Origin: Candidatus Electronema halotolerans
GTDB lineage: Bacteria > Desulfobacterota > Desulfobulbia > Desulfobulbales > Desulfobulbaceae
Length of the DNA: 32,000 bases
Assembly (NCBI GenBank): GCA_942493095.1
Contig: OW818675.1
Coordinates: 150,001 to 182,000 of the forward strand
Reading direction: 5' to 3'
The position numbers and the translations under genes are program-made. Shown one piece after another: positions 24,860 through 31,730 of the stretch (within the stretch, counting starts at the first letter, position 1; each line of letters begins with the position of its first letter). The notes below the pieces were generated by a model, which ran no database searches, was not told where the DNA came from, and was given only the letters and a program-made list of their open reading frames with translations.

Positions 24860-26095
24860 ATGCGGATTTGCATGCTGACATACTATTATTGGCCTGTTCC
24901 GGCTGGAGGTGCGGAGAACCAATGCCGACGACTTGCCAAGGCCTTAGCAGCGCGTGAGCATCAATGTTTGATTTTGACCTGCCGCTACAGCAGCGCAGCG
25001 GCCCAGAAGGAGGAGGAAAACGGGGTTGCGATTGTCAGAATATTTTCTTTGGAACTATTTCTTCAGTTTCTCCAATCGTTGAGAGATAAAAAAAAAGCGT
25101 CGCAGGGAAAAGAACAAAGCAACGGCAGCTCGACAGCGGCAGATGATCAAACTGTATTGCGACAAAAAATATCAAAAAAAATAAATTTTTGTATCAGATT
25201 CTGCAATATTACCGCATTCTCTTTTACCGCGTTGTTTTTTCTCTTCAGGAAGCATCGTTCTTTTGATATCCTGCATGTCCACACCGCCGACTGGATTGCC
25301 GGATTAGCCGCTTTTGCCGGAAAGATATTCAAGCTGCCTGTGATCTGCAAAGGAGCAGACATGCCAGTTTTTCCGCCCCTTCAAGCCGTGCCGCTGGCTG
25401 CCTGCTGTGATAGGTGGCGAAGGATGCCGCATTTCATCGCCCTCACGCCAGCCATGAAAGATGATCTTGTACAGAACCATGTTCCTGAAAACAAGATCAC
25501 GATCATTCCCAACGGAGTGTCCATTCCCGCCCAGACAGCTCCTGTTGAAAAAAACAGTCATTTTTTATATATTGGCAATTTCAGCCAGACCGCAGCCCAT
25601 AAAGCCTTTGATGTGCTGCTGGAGGCGTGGACAGCGTTTCATCATCATCGGCCAGCTCCACGGCTGCTGCTTTTAGGTGGTGGTGATGCGGAGCCGTGGC
25701 AGGCATTGGCGCGGCAGCTCGGCTGTGCCGACTCGGTGGATTTTTTGGGCTATCAAACCTCGTTGACACCTTTTTTCACGCAGAGCTGCTGCCTCCTTCT
25801 GCCTTCCCGCAAAGAGGGAATTGCGAATGCCCTGCTCGAAGCGCAGAGCTGGGGCATTCCGGCCATTGTCTCTGATATTCCTGGCAATCGGGCTGTAGTT
25901 GCGCATCAAAAAAACGGCCTGATTGTTCCTGTCGGCGACAGCAAAGCACTTGCGGAAGCCATGCTGCATCTGCATGACTCGCCAGAGCTGCGCAAGGAAT
26001 ACAGTGCAGCAGCCCGGAAACGGATGGAGGACGTTTTCGCCTTGGACAAGGTGGCTGACCAGACTGTCGTGCTGTATCAGCAGCTTGCAGGATAA
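24860..26095 (+). CDS. Glycosyltransferase, GT4 family
   Basis: MRICMLTYYYWPVPAGGAENQCRRLAKAL (N-terminus); LLLPSRKEGIANALLEAQSWGIPAIVSDIPGNRAVVAHQKNGLIVP (C-terminus). Carries a Lys/Ser-rich plus hydrophobic insert around aa 75-130. Confidence 0.88.
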   Translation: MRICMLTYYYWPVPAGGAENQCRRLAKALAAREHQCLILTCRYSSAAAQKEEENGVAIVRIFSLELFLQFLQSLRDKKKASQGKEQSNGSSTAADDQTVLRQKISKKINFCIRFCNITAFSFTALFFLFRKHRSFDILHVHTADWIAGLAAFAGKIFKLPVICKGADMPVFPPLQAVPLAACCDRWRRMPHFIALTPAMKDDLVQNHVPENKITIIPNGVSIPAQTAPVEKNSHFLYIGNFSQTAAHKAFDVLLEAWTAFHHHRPAPRLLLLGGGDAEPWQALARQLGCADSVDFLGYQTSLTPFFTQSCCLLLPSRKEGIANALLEAQSWGIPAIVSDIPGNRAVVAHQKNGLIVPVGDSKALAEAMLHLHDSPELRKEYSAAARKRMEDVFALDKVADQTVVLYQQLAG

Positions 26096-26118
26096 TTTTC
26101 AATTTTGATCGGTGATTC

Positions 26119-28089
26119 ATGAAAAATTTATGGAATGAAACAGAAGCTGCAGACTGCGCAGATGATCTTACGCTGCGGGTTTATTCCTCCCGGCTGCTGG
26201 GCGGCGATCCTTCGTTGGTTCTGCATGGCGGCGGCAACACTTCAGTCAAAATTGTTGAAAAAAATCTGCTCGGCGAAGAAGAGGAGATTCTTTACATCAA
26301 GGGCAGCGGCTGGGATTTGGCGACCATTGAGGCCGCAGGTTTTGCTCCGGTCCGGCTCCGGCCTCTGCTCTGTCTGGCAAAGCTGAAGCAGCTCACTGAT
26401 CCGCAGATGGTCAATGGTCTGAAAACGCAGCTTGTCCGCGCTGATGCGCCCGCGCCTTCTGTGGAAACCATTCTTCATGCCATCCTGCCCTTCCGCTATG
26501 TCGATCACACCCATGCCGACGCAGTGGTGACCATCTGCAACACTCCGAATGGCCGCCAGCGCATTGAGGAATTGTACGGCGGGCTGGCCGTGATTGTCCC
26601 TTATGTCATGCCCGGATTTGATCTGGCCCGCGAGGCGGCGCGAATATTCTCTGAGCAGGCCGGATCAAACACCATTGGCATGATCTTGATCAATCACGGC
26701 CTTTTTTCCTTTGGCGACACGGCGCAGGAATCATACAAGCGCATGATTCATCTCGTGGAAATGGCGGAGAGCTGGCTGCGGGAACAGCAGGCATGGCATT
26801 TGGATGAGCCTGCGGCGCAGATGCCGCGCTTCAGCAGCCGCTGCGAGATTGCCGCCCTGCGGCAGGCGGTCTCTGCCAAGGCGGGCAGGCCGATGCTGCT
26901 CAATGTCACCGGCAGCCAGCAGGGACTGGCTTTTGCCCGCCGGGCTGATATCCGCCAGCTTGCCTGCGGCCCGGCCACGCCGGATCATGTCCTCCGAACC
27001 AAGGCCCTGCCGCTGCTTGGTCGGGATATTGACCAGTATGAGCAGGACTATCGCCGCTATTTTGCAACCCATGAGCCGGAAGCTCTGGAGCGCAAAACCA
27101 TGCTTGACCCGGCTCCACGGGTGATTCTTGACCCGGACTTAGGTCTGTGCTGCGCAGGTGCTTCAGCAGCGGAAGCAGGCATTGCCGCTGACATTTACGA
27201 GCATACAATGGAGTGCATCCTGCGGGCCGAGCGGCTGGGCGGCTGGCAGCCCCTGCCATTCAGCGATCTCTTTGCTGTGGAATACTGGGATTTGGAGCAG
27301 GCCAAACTGAAAAAAGGCGGCAAAGCCCCTGTCTTCGGCGGCGAAGTTGCCCTGATCACCGGCGCAGCTTCCGGTATCGGCAAAGCCTGTGTGGATTCCT
27401 TTCTTCAGCGGGGCGCGGCTGTTGTGGGACTGGATATTGATGCCAAGATTGCTGCGGTCTCGACTTCGCCCGCCTATCTTGGCCTGCGCTGCGACATTAC
27501 TGATGAAGCGCAAGTTGCAGCAGCCTTGGATCAGGCGGTTTTGCGCTTCGGCGGCCTTGACATATTGGTGCTGAACGCGGGCATCTTTCCGGCCAGCAAG
27601 GCAATTTCAGAGCTGTCCACCGAGGTGTGGCGGCAGGTGATGGCTGTTAATATTGATGCCAACCTGACCCTGCTGCGCGAAACCCATTCCCTGCTCAAGG
27701 CTGCGCCAAACAAAGGCCGGGCCGTGGTGATCGGCTCGAAAAACGTGCCTGCGCCTGGCCCCGGCGCGGCAGCCTATTCCGCCGCCAAGGCCGCTCTGAC
27801 CCAGCTTATGCGGGTTGCTGCCTTGGAATGGGGCAAGGAGGGCATCCGCATCAACGCGCTTCATCCAAACGCGGTTTTTGACACTGGTATTTGGACGGAA
27901 GAGGTCTTGCAGACACGGGCGGCGCATTACGGCCTGACCGTGGAGGAATATAAAACCAACAATCTGCTTGGCTTGGAGGTGCGCAGCCGCCATGTGGCTG
28001 AACTGGCAGCGGAACTCTGCGGCCCGCTCTTTGCCTGCACCACTGCCGCCCAAGTGCCGGTGGATGGCGGCAATGACCGGGTGATCTGA
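26119..28089 (+). CDS. Bifunctional class II aldolase/adducin-domain + short-chain dehydrogenase (RhaD/YuxG-like)
   Basis: The N-terminal half has LRVYSSRLLGGDPSLVLHGGGNTSVK. The C-terminal SDR has ALITGAASGIGKA (TGxxxGxG), LVLNAG and YSAAKAA (YxxxK). Confidence 0.88.
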   Translation: MKNLWNETEAADCADDLTLRVYSSRLLGGDPSLVLHGGGNTSVKIVEKNLLGEEEEILYIKGSGWDLATIEAAGFAPVRLRPLLCLAKLKQLTDPQMVNGLKTQLVRADAPAPSVETILHAILPFRYVDHTHADAVVTICNTPNGRQRIEELYGGLAVIVPYVMPGFDLAREAARIFSEQAGSNTIGMILINHGLFSFGDTAQESYKRMIHLVEMAESWLREQQAWHLDEPAAQMPRFSSRCEIAALRQAVSAKAGRPMLLNVTGSQQGLAFARRADIRQLACGPATPDHVLRTKALPLLGRDIDQYEQDYRRYFATHEPEALERKTMLDPAPRVILDPDLGLCCAGASAAEAGIAADIYEHTMECILRAERLGGWQPLPFSDLFAVEYWDLEQAKLKKGGKAPVFGGEVALITGAASGIGKACVDSFLQRGAAVVGLDIDAKIAAVSTSPAYLGLRCDITDEAQVAAALDQAVLRFGGLDILVLNAGIFPASKAISELSTEVWRQVMAVNIDANLTLLRETHSLLKAAPNKGRAVVIGSKNVPAPGPGAAAYSAAKAALTQLMRVAALEWGKEGIRINALHPNAVFDTGIWTEEVLQTRAAHYGLTVEEYKTNNLLGLEVRSRHVAELAAELCGPLFACTTAAQVPVDGGNDRVI

Positions 28090-28271
28090 GTCGTTGGGGC
28101 GATCTGCGCTGTTTTTAAAGAATCCGCTTGCTTTTTTCACAGCTCTTCTTTAGACTGAGAGCATCCTTTTATAAGGATGGCGGACAGGAGGTTCCAAACG
28201 GCTTCTTTTTCTATGCAACTGCCGGATGTTTTTGTTGAAAATATTTTTTTGCCGGAGTGCAAATTTTTGTA

Positions 28272-28300
28272 TTGCCATTCCGCATGATGGATGCTATAGT
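28272..28300 (+). promoter_or_regulatory. Candidate sigma70 promoter P1 upstream of the repeat-protein gene
   Basis: TTGCCA (28272-28277), 17-nt spacer, TATAGT (28295-28300). Confidence 0.4.
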
Positions 28301-28371
28301 GAAGAGGACTTGAAGGAGAGACGGTTTGCTTGACTCTTTCTCCGCTGTTTTTGCGGCAGTGCAATTGTTTG

Positions 28372-28400
28372 TTGACAATAGCTGCGGAGACAGCTTTAAT
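28372..28400 (+). promoter_or_regulatory. Candidate sigma70 promoter P2 upstream of the repeat-protein gene
   Basis: TTGACA (28372-28377), 17-nt spacer, TTTAAT (28395-28400), about 65 nt upstream of ATG 28466. Confidence 0.45.
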
Positions 28401-28465
28401 CGTTCCAAGGCAGCTTGCATGAAGACTTTTGTTGCAACAAAAAAACAAATGAAAGGAGGCAGGTG

Positions 28466-29659
28466 ATGAAGAAGGACAAGGTGGCTCTCGGAGCAGCGGC
28501 TTTTGTGATACTGATCGGCGGTGTCGCTCAAGCGGGCAGCCTCGATTTTGGCGGCGGCCCGGATCAGGGAGATTATGCCTATGAATCCGTTGGTCAGCAG
28601 GCTCAGATCGGTCAGGATCAGATGCTGTCCGGCCAGGTTCCCGGTGTTCCGGTCAACGCCCGTCCGGGCGAGTGCTACTCCCGTTGTATTGCCCCGGCCA
28701 GGTACAAAACCGTGACTGAGAAAGTCTTGGTGCGTCCGGCCACTGAGAAGATTGTGACCATTCCAGGCAAATACAGATGGGTGGAGAAACGGGTTGTCGC
28801 AAAAGAGGCATCCGAGAGAATTGAGACCATTCCGCCGCGTTTTGAGGATCGCACCGTGCGGGTGATGGTCAAGCCGCCCTCTGAGCGGCTGCGGGTCATC
28901 CCGGCTCGGTATGATACCAGGCAGGAGCAGGTGGTGATCAAACCTGCCTCCACCAGAAGCGTGACCACTCCTCCGGTTTTCAAGACCGTGAAGCAGCGGA
29001 TTCTGGTCCAGGCCGCCTCCACCAAGTGGATCAGAACAGCAGTTCCTTGTACGGTTGATGATGTGAAGCTGGGCCTGACCGACTGCGAGACACTCTGCTT
29101 GATCGAGACCCCGGCCATGTACAAGACTGTGATCAAAAAAGTGCTGGTCAATCCGGCATCCCAGAGAACCGTCACTATTCCGGCTGAATTCGAGACCATC
29201 ACTAAAACTGTTGTGGTTGAGCCAGCCAAAGTTGTGAAGGAGAACATCCCAGCTCAGTACAAAACCATCACCAAGACCGTTATGGTTGAGCCGGCCAAAA
29301 CCAGAAGAATGCCGATCCCGCCTGAGTTCAAGACCATCCGGGTTAAGCAGGTGGTGCAGGAGCCTGGCGAGCGGCGCGTTCCGGTCCCGGCCAAGTACGA
29401 GACCGTCCGCAAGCGGGTTAAAGTCAGCGACAGCAAGATCGTTTGGCGGGCCGTTGTCTGCCAGGATCAGATTCAGGACACCAAAGTCATTCAGGTGCAA
29501 AGAGCACTGGCGCAGGAAGGCTTTGATCCTGGTCCGGTTGACGGCAACTACAGCGAGCAAACCCAGCAGGCTCTGCGGGCTTATCAGCGGAGCAAAGGTC
29601 TGCCCGAAGGCGGCGGCATGACCATTGAGACGCTTGAGTCCATGGGCATCTATGAGTAA
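28466..29659 (+). CDS. Secreted protein with ten ~23-residue tandem repeats and a C-terminal peptidoglycan-binding (PG_binding_1) domain
   Basis: The strong RBS AAAGGAGG sits 7-14 nt before ATG 28466. Signal peptide MKKDKVALGAAAFVILIGGVAQA. Repeats follow the pattern IPaxYxTVtxxVlVxPAxxxxvt (~28688-29450). The C-terminus VIQVQRALAQEGFDPGPVDGNYSEQTQQALRAYQRSKGL is a classic PG_binding_1 sequence. The track start 28415 is upstream of the RBS and unlikely. Confidence 0.88.
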   Translation: MKKDKVALGAAAFVILIGGVAQAGSLDFGGGPDQGDYAYESVGQQAQIGQDQMLSGQVPGVPVNARPGECYSRCIAPARYKTVTEKVLVRPATEKIVTIPGKYRWVEKRVVAKEASERIETIPPRFEDRTVRVMVKPPSERLRVIPARYDTRQEQVVIKPASTRSVTTPPVFKTVKQRILVQAASTKWIRTAVPCTVDDVKLGLTDCETLCLIETPAMYKTVIKKVLVNPASQRTVTIPAEFETITKTVVVEPAKVVKENIPAQYKTITKTVMVEPAKTRRMPIPPEFKTIRVKQVVQEPGERRVPVPAKYETVRKRVKVSDSKIVWRAVVCQDQIQDTKVIQVQRALAQEGFDPGPVDGNYSEQTQQALRAYQRSKGLPEGGGMTIETLESMGIYE

Positions 29660-29693
29660 ATCAGCAGGGTTTCATCCACCTGTTTGAGTCTGG

Positions 29694-29727
29694 CAGCCGG
29701 AACATTTCGTGTTCCGGCTGTTTTTTT
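29694..29727 (+). terminator. Rho-independent terminator
   Basis: CAGCCGGAAC (29694-29703) pairs with GTTCCGGCTG (29711-29720) and is followed by T7 (29721-29727). Begins 35 nt after the stop at 29659. Confidence 0.85.
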
Positions 29728-29939
29728 ATTCAGTCCTGCCACCCGCATGCTCCTTCCTGTTTCACTTCGCATTTTCCTGTTTCTCCGCCTGTCTTGACTC
29801 ATGCCCATGCCAGCTCAGTTTGCTGCCATGCGCCAGCCTGTCTGATCTTTGCTTCCGTTTTGCCAGCTGTCCGTTTATAATTACGCCTGTTTGCAGGTAT
29901 GGCTGAAGCAGGATAAAATGACGCTGTCATCTGTCTCTC

Positions 29940-30012
29940 CCGTAGGGGCGGCCCGTGTTTCCCGGTTATTCCGGCGCGCTGCACGGGCAGGCACAGGGGC
30001 CTGCCCCTACGG
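29940..30012 (+). promoter_or_regulatory. GC-rich structured leader element upstream of the FG-GAP gene (function unknown)
   Basis: CCGTAGGGGC (29940-29949) pairs with GCCCCTACGG (30003-30012) and is extendable by GGCCC/GGGCC with one bulge. Inside, GCCCGTG (29951-57) pairs with CACGGGC (29982-88), which competes with that extension, and there is a small CCGG-ttatt-CCGG hairpin (29962-74). Confidence 0.4.
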
Positions 30013-30050
30013 CGGGCGGCAGAAAAGAAAAAGGATGACCGGAGTTCAAT

Positions 30051-31730
30051 ATGAAAAGAAATGCTGTTGTCCGGCTGGCTGTGCTGGTGCTGCTTGGAGC
30101 TGTGGCAGTGACGGCGGCTGTCAGCGGAACCCTCAAGGCCGGACAGGGGAAAATAGTTTTTCTGCCCTTCAGAGTCAGCACTGAAGAACCGCAGGAGCAT
30201 CTTCGGGCCGGGCTGACCAGCATTTTAGCCAGCCGCCTCAGTGAGCGCAGCGGGCTGGAGGCTGTCTATGGGGCGGATAAAACCGGCAAGCTGGAAGCCA
30301 TGCTCCAGAACGGCCAGCCGCAGGAGGCAAAAAAAATCCTCCACAATTTGCAGGGCAGTCAGCTTGTCCTTGGCAGCTTGGAGCAGCAGGGCCGCAGCTA
30401 CACCCTTTTTGTTCAGGTGTTGGGCGGCAGCCGGACAGCACCTGCCTCTTTCACCCGCATTGTCAGTTCGTTGGACAAAGTCATTCCGGTTCTAGATGAT
30501 CTGGCGGCTGAGATTGCCGCCGCAGTCTTCCACGCCAAGCCAGCAGTGGCCGCACCTCCTGCGGCAGAGCAGGAGGATATGGACGGCTTTCAGACCGCGC
30601 ACCCGGACAAAATCTGGCGGGATGAGCTACAGCAGGCCGCAGCTTCTGTCGTCCCAGCTTCTGCGGAAGAAACCGGGCTGTTTCGGGTCTTGTCCTCTCG
30701 GAGCAGCAGCGAGCTGTCCTCCTCGTTCCGGGCTATGGACGCAGGCGATGCGGACGGTGACGGCAGCGCAGAGTTTGTCTTATTGGAACAGGGGCGGCTG
30801 CTCCTGCTCCGGGCTGGCAATAATGATCACTTCCGAATTCTTGCCCAATATCCGCTGCCCGGCCATCTTGGTCTGCATGCAGTGCAGTTAGCTGATTTGG
30901 ATGGCAATGGCCGACAGGAAATCTACATCTCGGCCAGCAGCGGCGGCAGCCCCTCCTCGTTGGTGCTGGAATGGAACGGGGCGCAGTTCCATTCTCTGAA
31001 CTGGCAGGTGCCGTATTATCTCCGTCCGGGAAAGGATGCGGTAGGCAGGCCGGTGCTGCTCGGTCAGGCAGGCGGCAGCATCTATCGGCTTGTCCGCAGT
31101 CAGGACGGCAGACTGAACCGGGCCGAGGAACTTGCTGTGCCCGCAGGCTTTGGCCTCTATGATTTCATCCGCACCGATTTAAATCAGGACGGCAGACTGG
31201 AATTTGTCGGCCTGACCGAAGAAAATAAGATGCTGGTCTTGGATGAGAACGGCAGGCCGTTGTGGCAGAGCGAGGACATCTACGGAGCCAGCCGCAATGC
31301 TCTCGGCACCTTGGCCAGCAGGCGGCAGGCTGATCTTGACCGGCCTTATGATGAACGCCAGCGCACCTATCTGCATACCCGCATCATTGCCCAAGACCTG
31401 ACTGGCGACGGCAAGCCGGAGATTGTCATCAGCCGCAACCAAGTGACCAATGTCAGATTCTTCAAGCAGCTTCGTTATTTTGATGGCTCGTCCATTGTCG
31501 CTCTGAGCTGGGACGGCAGCCGGATGAACCGGCTCTGGGAAACCGCGCAAAATCCCGGCTACATTGTTGACTGCCAAGTGCGCAGCAATCCAGCCCAGCC
31601 GGGCCGCTTCCGTCTCTTCTGGGTGGAAAGTGACGACACCGGCAATCCTATGTATTTCTGGGCCAGAGAAAAGTCTGTGCTGAAAATGGAGGACTTGGCC
31701 CCGGCTGCCGCATCAGCGGGCAAACGATGA
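30051..31730 (+). CDS. Secreted FG-GAP/VCBS repeat (beta-propeller) protein with an N-terminal TolB-N/LpoB-like domain
   Basis: RBS GGAG lies 6 nt upstream. Signal peptide MKRNAVVRLAVLVLLGAVAVTAAVSG. Ca-binding-type repeats DADGDGSAEFVLL, DLDGNGRQEIYIS, DLNQDGRLEFVGL and DLTGDGKPEIVIS. Confidence 0.88.
   Translation: MKRNAVVRLAVLVLLGAVAVTAAVSGTLKAGQGKIVFLPFRVSTEEPQEHLRAGLTSILASRLSERSGLEAVYGADKTGKLEAMLQNGQPQEAKKILHNLQGSQLVLGSLEQQGRSYTLFVQVLGGSRTAPASFTRIVSSLDKVIPVLDDLAAEIAAAVFHAKPAVAAPPAAEQEDMDGFQTAHPDKIWRDELQQAAASVVPASAEETGLFRVLSSRSSSELSSSFRAMDAGDADGDGSAEFVLLEQGRLLLLRAGNNDHFRILAQYPLPGHLGLHAVQLADLDGNGRQEIYISASSGGSPSSLVLEWNGAQFHSLNWQVPYYLRPGKDAVGRPVLLGQAGGSIYRLVRSQDGRLNRAEELAVPAGFGLYDFIRTDLNQDGRLEFVGLTEENKMLVLDENGRPLWQSEDIYGASRNALGTLASRRQADLDRPYDERQRTYLHTRIIAQDLTGDGKPEIVISRNQVTNVRFFKQLRYFDGSSIVALSWDGSRMNRLWETAQNPGYIVDCQVRSNPAQPGRFRLFWVESDDTGNPMYFWAREKSVLKMEDLAPAAASAGKR

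Noticed and set aside
28090-28270. Possible terminator or small ORF after the aldolase/SDR gene: the GCG-atctg-CGC plus T5 near 28101-28117, the CATCCTT/AAGGATG hairpin at 28162-28183, and a 24-codon ORF from 28214
   Set aside because: The stems are only 3-7 bp, and the longer one has no following U-tract. The mini-ORF has no RBS. The evidence is insufficient to call a feature.
28211-29560. 449-aa ORF on the minus strand, the longest in this region
   Set aside because: It lies exactly antisense to the repeat/PG-binding gene. That gene has a strong RBS, a signal peptide, a recognisable PG_binding_1 domain and a terminator. The antisense product is low-complexity (Leu/Gly/Arg/Asn-rich) with no motifs, so it is a shadow ORF caused by codon bias.
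29730-29900. Minus-strand purine-rich transcript with ACAGGA motifs as a possible CsrA-sponge small RNA
   Set aside because: Only two ACAGGA sites occur (complement of TCCTGT at 29755 and 29775). I could not see a minus-strand promoter or terminator, and the hairpin at 29694-29720 has its U-tract only on the + strand. The GGA density is expected from the base composition.
29709-29906. 65-aa Cys-rich ORF (MFRLFFYSVLPPACSFLF...)
   Set aside because: Its GTG start lies inside the terminator hairpin, there is no RBS, and the composition simply reflects the pyrimidine-rich strand. It is most likely non-coding.
29940-30012. 73-nt GC-rich stem-loop structure, considered as a tRNA
   Set aside because: The closing stem is 10-15 bp rather than 7. 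There is no T-loop GTTCRANYC, no D-loop signature, and the internal hairpin loops are the wrong size.
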